DNA of 64,000 nt from Lophium mytilinum (lineage: Eukaryota), in assembly GCA_010093605.1 (NCBI GenBank), contig MU004188.1, positions 1,367,673-1,431,672 of the forward strand, given 5' to 3'. Positions 1-10,695 of this stretch are shown one piece after another. Both the position numbers and the translations under genes were made by a program. Positions within the stretch are counted from its first letter, which is position 1; every line of letters begins with the position of its first letter. The notes beneath the pieces are model-generated. The model made no database searches. It had not been told where the DNA came from and saw only the letters and a list, made by a program, of their open reading frames with translations.

Positions 1-3000
1 AAGCGCCACCGCGTCTGGACACCATCCTCTCGCCGCCTGCGAGCAGCACTCAAGAGGACTTCTTGCCCAGAGACTTAGACAGGTAAGGCCTCCTCCATGA
101 CCGCAAGTATCGCTGTATGTCACCGTGCTAATGGGCGCCTCGCCTTCTAGACATCCACACGGACACACGCCTTTAACAGCAGTCCCTCCCACTACATTGC
201 CCATCTTAGCCGAACCTGCGCGGAGCAACCCCAAGTCTAATACTTTACAACGACCGCGGCACGACCGGGCGTTCAGTAGTTATCACACGGCACAAGGCTC
301 GATATCCGAGGACGAAGAAGGCCAAGTCTCGCACTCGCGCTCTCCGACTATGCCCAATATGCCACTGTACACTACACAAACTCCCGCAGAAAGAGCAGAA
401 TCACAGCCAAATCTTACATTACAGCTAGACGGCGTCACTTCAGACTTTCTAGACGACGATCCATACTCTCCCGGTCCCGACACCACTCAACACTCGAAGC
501 CGAAGTCTCCCGGCGGCAACACCTTTGGCTCGTTCTTCGGCTGGACGAAGTCAGGACAACAGAACGGGGCCGCCTCCCCTACAACCACGATTTCAGACCG
601 CTCGTTATCGCCAGCACACTCTCCCGCGTTATCGAGACATCAGATTGACGCCAATAATATGAACAAAGGGGCATTATCCGCACTTGATATTCCAATGGCC
701 AATTCCACATACAATCCCAACTCTTATTTCAATGTTCCCGGAACACCCTTGTTCTCATCATCTCCTAGCATGAACGCCCACGTCGAAGAGCTCGAGCGGG
801 AACTACGGGAAGTCAGCTCAGAGCTAGCTGAGTCGATAAGAAGGGAAATGGAGCTCGAGGATGAGGTTGAACGGTACAAGATCGAATCGTCCAACATGAC
901 TTCGGACGTGAATCGAAGAACAAGCGACTACTACTCAGACTCCGGAGCTAGCTCTGTCAGATATCCCATAGGAGACAGTGAGGGCAAACTAGAAGAGGTG
1001 GAACGGTTACGAAGGAAGGCTGAGCAAGACCGTGCCCAGCTGAAGGTGTCAATGTCGGAACGACTTTCAGATGAACTTCGGAGACGCAGGGATCTGGAAG
1101 AGCAGGTGCAAAATCTAGAAGAGCAAGTCCACATCAAAGCCTCGCGAGGGCCTTCTCTCGATGAGAGTGGACGGGTAAGGGAGCTTGAAGGCTCCCTGGA
1201 AGATGCTCGGAGAAGACTTGCTGAAGAAAGACAGGTGAAAGAGAACTTCGAAGATTTATTGACCGCACTCCGTCAAGAGCTGGAGCAGCATCGAAACGAG
1301 AGAGACAACCTTCGAGACGAGATTGTGCCGCAATTGAAGGCCCGAGTAGAAGGACTAGAGGCAGAGTCATCTGAGGTCCAAACTCTCATATACGAGAGCA
1401 CTCGTATGCAACAAGAGATCCAAGCGCTGAGAAATGAAAACCAGACACTAGTAAATGCCCGAAGGATGCAACTAGAGCTCGCACAGCAACAACAACAGCA
1501 AAATCGCTTCAAGGCCATCGCTGAGGAAGCCGAGCCAATTGCAACAGCAGTGACACCCCGGATAGGACTATCAAGGTCGAACTCGCTTGCTCGCAGTTCT
1601 GCTTTCAACTCCAAGCGAGGCTCTCTCTCTCGATCCAACTCGGTCAAGGACAGACCCGCGGAAACAAAGCGAGACTCAACCCAGAATCCCCTAAAGGAGA
1701 TTGAGGAGCAAAGGGACGCCCTGCATCGTGCTTTGAAGAGTCTTTTGCACCGGCAAGAATACCAAGCCAAGGAGTATGAGAAGCGGATCAAGGCACTTGA
1801 GATGGAAAGGGACAACGCAATAAGCGTCACCCCGCGCCGTACCGCATTCCACACAGAGGTCAAGCATCTAAGAGATGAGGTTAACCATCTCCGACGTCGT
1901 GCTGATGATGCTCTCGAACAGAAGTGGCAATGTGAGAAGGGCTTGGGTGGTCTAAGAATGGATTTGGACCGTGCTCAACAGGAGACTAGTTCTCTTCGCG
2001 ACCTCCTCTCCGAGCATGATATTTTTGTCCCGGAGAGGAAAGGCTCCATTACATCCGTTCGTTCAGACGACGCTGTTCCCGACTCTTTAGACAAGGCTTA
2101 CAACGAGCTCCAAACAACACATGCGTTGTCTCTTGCACGGATTAAAGAGATGGAGTCAGAAGATAGCCTAGGGCTTGCCGGTAAGGAAGCTGAACGAACA
2201 ATGGCTTTGCTGAAGCAAAGCATATCCGATGCAGAGACTGAAAGAGACATCGCTCAAAGAGAAGCCAAGGAGTACCGGATGAAAGCACGAGCTTTGCAAA
2301 AGTCAGAGATCGAACATCTCGGAAAGGAACAAAGCCTGGCTTCTGAGCTCTATGCTGCTGCTACCCGTATGGACGAGCTTTCGGCTAAGGTTCAAGCGCA
2401 GCTTCAATCGAACAAAGCTCTCCGCAAGCGCTTAGCTGACGCAATATCTCGAGGCGAGCTAGAACAGGCGAAATCTACATCCACAATTGTCGAGCTTGAG
2501 CGCAAGCTTAAGGCCGCGGAGGAAAAAGTCATGAGTGCCCAACAGTCGTCGGAAGAATCGATAGCGAAGCATGAGGAAGAAGTGAAGTCTTTGAAAGAGA
2601 GCCAAGGCGAGCAGCTACGAAGAGTCAAATCTGGGTTACTAAGCCCAGCTAGATTCTCGCCGACTGCCCCCGTGTCACCTATGTTCGCACTTAGATCACC
2701 AAAGTTGGATAAGACGACGAGTGGATTAGGCATGACAATGGCGGAGGCCACGAAGACTGAGCTACTTGAGACACGTGTTCAAGATCTCGAGAAGGCGCTC
2801 TCTGACGCCGATCGAGAGATGGAAGAGGTTGTTGGCAGGATGAATATGGCTCAGATTGAGGTGGCAGAGCTCCAATTCGAAAGGTCAGTCCATCAGTCCT
2901 GATATCATTCAACATGGCACTCATACTAACGTCATATAACCACAGGGATGAAGCTATGCGACAAACGAGAAACTTGCAAGCCGCAATCCTTGCGGAGCGG

Positions 3001-3027
3001 GAAAAAGTCAAGGCTCTCATGTCGTAA
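1..3027 (+). CDS. Large coiled-coil protein of unknown function, 5'-partial; exons <1-82, 151-2883, 2946-3027
   Basis: 925-codon ORF: Ser/Pro-rich N-terminal part followed by long E/L/R/K heptad-rich coiled coil. Intron 83-150 (GTAAGG..GCTAAT..TAG) joins an open upstream frame (..DFLPRDLDR|H). Intron 2884-2945 (GTCAGT..CTAAC..CAG) gives the C-terminus FERDEAMRQTRNLQAAILAEREKVKALMS, stop TAA 3025-3027. Confidence 0.88.
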
Positions 3028-4734
3028 CCATCTGCACCATATTCATTTGAACATCTCTACATCAGTCTCGCCTCAGGAACCGACATGAAGCATTTTCACA
3101 TGCAGCCTGAGATGCCACTAGGTGTCTGCCCCTTGCGGCACGGAGGCTGCGGACATACGGCGTTTTTGAAGACCGCATTTACACGGGAGCCGACCGGCTT
3201 GGGCATTGCAGCGCTCACTTTGGTTGATTGAAGAGGCCACAGGCCCAATCACATTCTGTTATCATTAATTGCAGCGCGGATCGACGCTTTGGTTTGTTTG
3301 CATTGAGGCAAGACGACTCTGAAATTTCTGCATTGGGACTGTGTCCACCTAGCGATATATCCCTTCCTCGTCCGGAGATGTAGCCGATGGCATACTCGAT
3401 GGACTATGGGCTCGATGCCCTTTTTGTAATGTTTATATAGCTCTGTATTATTAATGATCTAATGTTTGGATGTCACTTCAAATTAACCCCCTGGTCCTTG
3501 TCTTCTATGTGATGGATAGTGAGAGACTGGTGCTCTTAACGTTCTCGGTTTCGCGTCCATGCAGTGAATGGGTGTTGTGCCGTCCCAGAGCCAGAGTTTG
3601 GCCTGTCTGTGTGCGGCGAGTGTTGGTCGGATGTGAGAGTAGGGTATGCTGTACACGGATATGCAGCCTGGCATGGTTCGGCCCCGTGAATGAACATCCC
3701 CAGACTGTGTTTGAAACCACGGCGGCCGATGCCTGCTGTTCGACGGCAGAATGCTCACAGTTGCAGCACGCGGCCGACTCTTGCGGCCAATGTGACGACC
3801 AGCTCCTTCACGATCGGACGGCGGATCAATCAATTGAGACATCGGTGCGATGATGGGCCGTGGTAGGACGGACTGGGTGCGTTTGATGCTCTTCCCGCTC
3901 GCAGTCGGCGCTTGAACACGATGGGCGGGCGTAGTGGTAGCTGTGCTGCGACGTGACGGAGGACTACTGCGGACAGCCTTCGTGTGGACGCGGGCTCGCT
4001 GCCGTCCCACCTCGCACGGCGTTGATATCCAGGCGTTAGGTGGCAGCAGGGCCGTGGTTGAGGCGCTGGGCGTGGTGCAGCATGGCAGACTCTCACACGT
4101 GTCTTGCAGCTGGACCCATCCATGGACCCATGGAACAGTTGCGGGAGGCCTGGAGAAGCCTGCCAGCGGGACCGGTTCCGCCGCCCATGAACCGGCTGGT
4201 GGTGTTTGGGCCCAACTCGGCCTGGTATCGATAGCAGAGGCACGAAACTCAGGAGTTCCGTGCCCAGTGCCTGAGTGCTGCCCGCGACACACACCGTGAA
4301 TTGCACCGCTTTTTGTCCATGTTCAACATCATGCCCTCCATCCCGCGCTGAAGCCTCCTGCGTCCCCTTGGTCCAATCAGCCACCCCGTGCAGGGTGCCG
4401 AGTCGTCGAGCTCTACGCTAACCATCAACGTCGGCCTCTCTCTCCCTTCCTTGAACAAGAGCCACCGCCCTCGACGTCTTCACCACCGTCGTGCCACCTC
4501 GTCCACCGCGTTGCAAAAAGCCCCATTCCGCCCGCCACATTGCTCTACTGGCGAGCTGGACACGGCCGCTGACTGCTGCTCATTCACCTGCACTACCTCG
4601 ACTTCCCAAAAAGGACGGTGCCCAATCCTCCCCCGCCTTCTTCCCTCCTCAACTCCTCCACCGCCTGCACGCCACCTGCAGGGCACGCGGATCCTCGACA
4701 TTTGCCTGGCGTCTTCGGGCCCGCTGCCGTCGCC

Positions 4735-6925
4735 ATGAACAACAACAATAACAACCCCCCGAACCGCCTGCAATTGAACTTCGGCTTCAGTGACCGCAAC
4801 AACAACAATAACGCCAACTACGCCGCCGATGCTGGCCGGGCCTATCCCACCACGCCCTCGACCTTTCCTCAGCCTGTCTTCCCAAACCAGTCAGGCCAGC
4901 AGGAGGTCTGGGGCACTCAGCAGCCGAACAATGGATACGCCCCAGGATACTTTGCTCCCCCTGCGGCCGCCTACCCGGCCGGCTATCAGCAGCAGCAGGG
5001 CAATCTCCAAGCTCCCTCAGCGGCCTACCGCGCACCACAGTACAATGACGGCACCAATGGCTTAGTCCACCAGTTCTCTCACCAGAACCTCGGTGGTGGC
5101 CGCTCAGCGAGCCCTTACGGCCGCCAACCCTCGCCCAGCCAGCGCCCGAGGACCGCTGGAGCTACTGGCCAGCAGTACAGCAGCTACCTCAATGCACAAA
5201 TTCCAGGCACCCCCCGACTCCCATCGCTCTACGACGAGGAGCCACCCTCAAAGTCGGCCGAGAAATACTCGGAGAACGTCCTACGCCAGGCAAAGGTATC
5301 GGTTGGCCTCGTCAGCACTTTCTTCAAGGACAGCGTCCAGCGAGCGCGAGACAGGAATCAGAGGTAAGCCTATGAATTCTACGGGTGGTCTGCCGCAGCA
5401 CTGACTCATTACAGGTCCCTCGATTTGGATGGAATCAAGGCCAACCCTTCAATCTCTGAGTCACGCAAGGCACAGAGGGAGCGGGACATGCGCCGGGCAG
5501 AGGCTGAGTATCTTCGCTTCCTCAGGACCAAGGAAAAGCCAGAGAATTTCTCAACTCTCAAGATCATTGGGAAGGGTGCATTTGGTGAGGTTAAGCTCGT
5601 CCAGAGGAAGAACGATGGCAAGATCTACGCACTGAAATCTTTGGTCAAGTCTGAGATGGTAACTACTACGTTCATTACTTACAAGACTTCCCAGACTGAC
5701 CAATAACGCACAGTTCAAGAAAGACCAACTAGCTCATGTTCGGTCAGAGCGAGACATTCTTGCCGAGTCTGACAGTCCTTGGGTTGTCAAGCTACACACC
5801 ACCTTCCAGGACAACACGTTCCTGTACATGCTGATGGAGTTCCTTCCAGGAGGAGATCTCATGACCATGCTCATTAAGTACGAGATCTTCACCGAGGATA
5901 TCACTCGCTTCTACATGGCTGAGATAACTTTGGCAATCGAGGCGGTCCATAAGCTTGGATTCATACATCGGTACTAATTTGTCCTTCTCCATAAATATCG
6001 CACCCGTGCTAATCTGGGCATAGGGACATCAAACCCGACAACATCCTGCTGGACAGAGGTGGTCACATCAAACTTACTGATTTCGGTCTCTCCACCGGAT
6101 TCCACAAGGAACATGAAGCAGGTTACTACAAAAAGCTCCTCGCTGGTGGAACACACAAATCGAACCGAGACAATCGTAACTCCATGAACCTAGATCAGAT
6201 CCAGTTGACGGTCAGCAATCGTTCCCAAATCAACACATGGCGAAAGTCCCGTCGACAGCTCGCATATTCTACCGTCGGCACTCCAGACTATATCGCGCCA
6301 GAAATCTTCAGCGGACAGGGCTATGACTACAGCTGTGATTGGTGGTCTGTAGGGACCATCATGTTCGAATGTCTGATCGGCTGGCCACCTTTCTGTGCCG
6401 AGGAACCCCATGACACGTATCGGAAGATCGTAGACTGGCCTCGCAACTTGCATTTCCCTCCGGATCAACAGCTCGGCCCTGAAGCTGAAGACTTCGTCAA
6501 GAGGTATGCCAAATCCAATGTCCTATCTGGCCCAGCACATTCCCCAGCGCAGTGCTTACACCAGTTACCTCCCAACCCCTCTGCTTCCATTTGGCTCTTC
6601 GTTTTGAAAGTTGACAAGTTTTAGACTCATCTGTGACGCCGACAACCGCTTGGGTCGCATGGGTGGAGCTCACGAGATCAAACAACACCCCTTCTTCCGA
6701 GGCGTGCAGTGGGATGGTCTTCGCCGAATCCGCGCTCCGTTCGAGCCAAAGCTGTCATCGAACGTCGACACGCAGTACTTCCCGATCGACGAGATCGACC
6801 AGAACGACAACAGCGCCGCCCTGCGCGCCCAGACCGCGCAGGCTGGTGACGACCTTGCTGCCGAGATGAGCCTTCCCTTCATCGGCTACACGTACAAGCG
6901 CTTCGACGCATTCCGGGGTTCTTAG
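4735..6925 (+). CDS. cot-1: NDR/LATS-family Ser/Thr kinase COT-1/Cbk1/Orb6; exons 4735-5363, 5415-5658, 5714-5970, 6024-6503, 6625-6925
   Basis: Spliced frame contains EYLRFLRTK (MOB-binding region), [55 protein letters not shown] and the C-terminal hydrophobic motif FIGYTY. Four GT-AG introns with branch-site-like motifs keep the frame. ATG 4735 in GCCATG context. Q/N/P-rich N-terminus. Confidence 0.96.
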
Positions 6926-7935
6926 AGCGCTCACGCACCACTTGCATCACCGACCTGGAAAGACTATAACGAAACGAAGCGGATACACTGTTCGACACGA
7001 CAAAGAACATGCACTTTATTTTGAGCGGGGAACTTCACGACGGTCTAGCCTTCTCACCATTGCAGGGAACCCTTTTCAGCTTAAGAGCGATATACAAACT
7101 CGTATGGTACGTAATGCCATCCGAGCTACGGGCTTTGCATCTTTTTTTTTGGCTGGCCAAGCATTTTGAAATGGATTCATTCCCCAGCATCCCTTCTTGT
7201 TCTGTCTGCCTTCGTTCTCCTGCTGGCCCCTGATTACACCCACACCGTTTTGAAAGCTTCGATTCTCTTGTCCACCGTCCCATCTGATTTCCTCTATTGG
7301 CCCCTCCCTCTATTTTCCCATAATTGGCGTACGGATGGCTATAGGCTTCTTTGGCTGGTTAGGCTGTGATGTGCATGTGGTCCTTGGTGGGGATGGAGGG
7401 CGGATGGTACTCTGGAAACGACACGGCAAGTGGATGTTTAGGGGTTTTTTGCGGGCCTGAAATGGAAAGGTGTGGGTTTAGACTTTTAGGCAGCAGGGGC
7501 TTGATTTCCGGTGCCAGAGGTCAACTGACAAAGCCATTCGAATATGAACGGGGTCCCTATCTTGATTTTGAGGCTTTTTTTTGTGAAATGTGTTTATTAC
7601 AATGCAGCTCCTCACTCCTATGCTTATGTGTCTAGCGCTCACAGAAAGTAGTCGCAAGAACCCTCCCTACTCAGCCCTCTACTGTATGTATAGGAGAGCA
7701 GAACTCCGAGGGCAGAATCTGAATGCCATGCAGTGGGGAATCGCTTGCAAATGAGACGACCGTGAACTCCTTGCCCATCCCGCCTAAATCCCGTGGGAAA
7801 TGAACCTCCCTCAGCTCATTCGCATTCCCATCCGTCACCCGTCGTTGCTATGCCCATGCCACTCGCCTCGTATCGTATCATACCATACCCCATCGCCGCC
7901 ACTCCATCTCCCTCTTCCTCAACCATCAGCCCCGC

Positions 7936-8243
7936 TCACCGCGCCTCAAACTGCACCATCCTGTATATCCAAGTCAGCACAGCCCTTAACCCTTTCCATC
8001 CCCAATTCACCATCTCGAATTCTCCCATAGGAGAAAGTAGATAGAGTTGCTCGGAACTCACCTGTTCGTCCGCTGCTTGTACAGCACGCGGTGGCCGCAG
8101 CTGCGGCAGCGGATGGGCTCGCCGCGCTTCAGGCTGACGGCGGCGTTGCAGTCGCCGCAGGTGTAGTCGACGGAGCGGCCTTCGCCGGTTGAGGTGGTTG
8201 TGGTTGCGGCGGCCGTGGAGGTGGGGGGGACGTAGCCGGACAT
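7936..8243 (-). CDS. RPC10: DNA-directed RNA polymerases I/II/III shared subunit RPABC4 (Rpb12/Rpc10), 68 aa; exons 8243-8062, 7960-7936
   Basis: YTCGDC..IRCRSCGHRVLYKQRT zinc ribbon. Intron 8061-7961 (GTGAGT..GCTGAC..CAG) adds the conserved C-terminus RMVQFEAR*. Confidence 0.96.
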
Positions 8244-8411
8244 TTTGGTTAGGTTTGGGGGGGATGCTTGAGGTGGGTGTGTGAGAGGTGGGGGAGGTGT
8301 TTGGTGAGTTGTTGGAGGTTTGGAGGTTTGGGGAAAGTTGATGTGCTTGAATTTGAAGTTCGAGGTGGGGTGGCGGGCGGTGAGTGGATTCTTTGGACAA
8401 GGGTTGACTGG

Positions 8412-8419
8412 GTCACGTG
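8412..8419. promoter_or_regulatory. GTCACGTG E-box (Cbf1-type bHLH site) in the RPB12 promoter
   Basis: Exact RTCACGTG match about 170 bp upstream of the RPB12 ATG. Function is inferred from the motif only. Confidence 0.35.
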
Positions 8420-8536
8420 GGGAGAGTGGTATAGATAATTTAGGGTTCAGGTGGGTTTATAATTAGCTACACTCTATAATTATATAAAAGACCCTATTTT
8501 ACTAAGTATATAACTTTATATTAGTATAGTATTAAA

Positions 8537-8666
8537 TATTAAAAGAAATACTAAGTTAATTAATTAATCTAGATAGAGGGGGAATAGAGCTATCTATATA
8601 TTTAACTTTAAGCCTAATTTCTCTTATATTAGAATACTAGTTAGTCTAAGCTAACTACTTTTAATA
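8537..8666 (-). repeat. Putative 3' LTR of the Copia element (130 bp)
   Basis: Perfect 9-bp terminal inverted repeat TATTAAAAG..CTTTTAATA (de-RIP TGTTG..CAACA). Adjacent CTTCTAT fits a RIP-mutated purine tract on the minus strand. Partner LTR not in the window. Confidence 0.65.
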
Positions 8667-8679
8667 CTTCTATATAATA

Positions 8680-10000
8680 ATATAAGAGAATATAAAGGTA
8701 TCTAGATATAGCTAAAAAGCTTCTATAAATAAAAAACTCTATTTTATATCTCTATCTATCTAGTAATTCCCTTTAATAGTATAGTATATAGCTAGCTATA
8801 TTACTTTCTTTTATAATATATTTATTTTCTAATAATATATCTTCTTTTCTATAGAAAGATCTATATTCTTATCTTTAGCCTCTTAAATAACTACTTTCTT
8901 TATTTTATTTTAAGCCTTCTAATATATAGTTTAGAATTTATATCTAGATTTAAATAGTATAGAGAAGATTAGCTTAATAGAATTCTTTTTAACTTCTAGG
9001 TACTTATAGTAATAGAAAAACTCTATATTCTTTATAGTCTAGAATACCTAGTAGAATTCTATAAAAGAGTTAAAAGAAATAGAAATAGAATTATTAGTAT
9101 TATTAAGTATATATTTATAAGGATAAATATAGAAGAAAACTAGAATAAAAGATTAATATTTTCTTCTCTTTTAAGTCCCCTTAATTTTAGTATAGAGAAT
9201 ATATATAGGCCTTACTATTTTCTTAAAAACTAGAGATATATATTTTTTTAAGCTAAAAGTAAAGATTTAAAAAGAATTAACTAAGTAGAAGAAGATAGTT
9301 TAGGTTTTAATACTAATATATCTAGTATAGAGAGGAAAATCTAGATAATAAGAACTAAAAGAAGGTAGAGAAGGTAGAGAAGAACTAGAAGTAGAGAAAG
9401 GTATAAAAGTAGAAAAGATAGTAGAAGAAAAGTAAAAAGAAGCCCTAAAAAGAAATAGAGAAGAAAAGAAAAAAAATAAAACTTTAGAAATAATAATAGA
9501 AGATAGATTAGATTAAACTAGAACTAGAGTAGAAATCTTATCTTTAAAACTAGATTTCTTAGAAAGTTCTTATACTTCTTTTCTTTTAAAAGTATTAGAT
9601 CTAGTTTTAATCTTAGAAGAATTTAAGAAAAGAGTAGCTTTCTAAGAAAATAGAGCTTTAGATAATCTAGAAGTATTATAAGGTTTATATTATACCTATT
9701 TTCTATTACTATAGGCCTAGAGATAGTTAAGAAGACTTTAATTATAGTTAGAAGTAGGCTTATAATTAGGTAAAATATTAAAAGGGAAAAAAAAAAGCTA
9801 GTACTAGAGGAGTTAATATAGCTATAGTAAAGAAGGTAGAAATAATTAGTATAGCTAGAGAGTTATCTAGAAGATCTAGAAGGCTATTAGAAATAGTAGA
9901 GCTTAGAGAAGTAGATAATAGTAGGGGAAAATTATCTAAAGTAGGCTAAGAAGAGAAGTAAAGAAACTCTTAAAAAGTCTATATTAAAGAGCTTAGTAGT
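8680..10000 (-). pseudogene. Possible RIP-decayed extra ORF between Copia pol and 3' LTR (boundaries approximate)
   Basis: About 1.7 kb separates the RNase H end from the LTR once element A is removed. The minus strand shows TCT/CCT/ACT (Ser/Pro/Thr) codon runs at ~9300-9950 and a protein-like frame at ~8700-9120. Confidence 0.4.
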
Positions 10001-10582
10001 ATTAATATTTTAGTATACTTTTTATTAAAATTAGTTAAGAATTAAAAGAGTTATAATTTTTTAAAAGTTAGAAAAATTTAACTTAGTAGTTTTAGATACT
10101 AAATTTAGATTCTAGTATAACTTTAAGAATTTAGAGAAGTAGAAATTTTTAAGTAGTAGAAGTTCTAATATACCTAGTACTTAGTTATTAATAGGTAGTA
10201 TCTTAGTATATATTATAGGTAGTAAAGTATAGAGGTATATAGAATAAGAAGTAGAATTATATTATAAGATATACTATAAGAAGCTAGAGTATAAGGCTGC
10301 TTGCAATTTTATCTAGAAATACGCCGGTAGCGGAATAATAATATTTCTAGCAAGTATATAACTATTAGGCACGTGCTAGGTTTATAGCTAGAAAAGAGGC
10401 CTAGATCTATTATACTACCCCCCCTCTTTAAGAAAAAGAGAAACCCCTTCTTTAAATAAAAACTATATAAACTATAAAGCTATAGGGCTATAGTAAGTAT
10501 ATAGAAGGCTGCGGAACCGTAGTAAGTATATAGTAGGCTGCGGGGCCGTAGTAAGTATATAGGTAGAGGCTAAGATAGAAAT

Positions 10583-10695
10583 AACTAATTATAATAGAAG
10601 AACTAATTATAATAGAAGAACTAATTATAATAGAAGAACTAATTATAATAGAAGGACTAATTATAATAGAAGAACTAATTATAATAGAAGAACTA
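10583..10695. repeat. 18-bp minisatellite (AACTAATTATAATAGAAG) x6 in the 3' UTR of element A
   Basis: Units start at 10583, 10601, 10619, 10637, 10655 and 10673. A related shorter array lies at ~37745-37835 in element C. Confidence 0.9.

Noticed and set aside
125..150. GTG/ATG start of the 925-aa ORF as listed in the ORF track
   Set aside because: It falls inside the predicted intron 83-150. The real start is upstream of the window.
283..3020. Antisense ORFs over the coiled-coil gene (and similarly over cot-1)
   Set aside because: Shadow ORFs arising from codon bias of the sense genes.
4436..4452. Tandem CNYTCNYT (Ssd1/GUL-1-type) motifs upstream of cot-1, suggesting feedback regulation
   Set aside because: Indistinguishable from the CT-rich boxes common in fungal core promoters, and not known to be transcribed.
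3470..4738. Multiple overlapping ORFs (up to 269 aa) between the coiled-coil gene and cot-1
   Set aside because: They occur on both strands in GC-rich DNA with no recognisable domain. More likely cot-1 promoter and leader.
10583..10695. CRISPR-like regular repeats
   Set aside because: Head-to-tail minisatellites without unique spacers, in a eukaryotic retroelement UTR.
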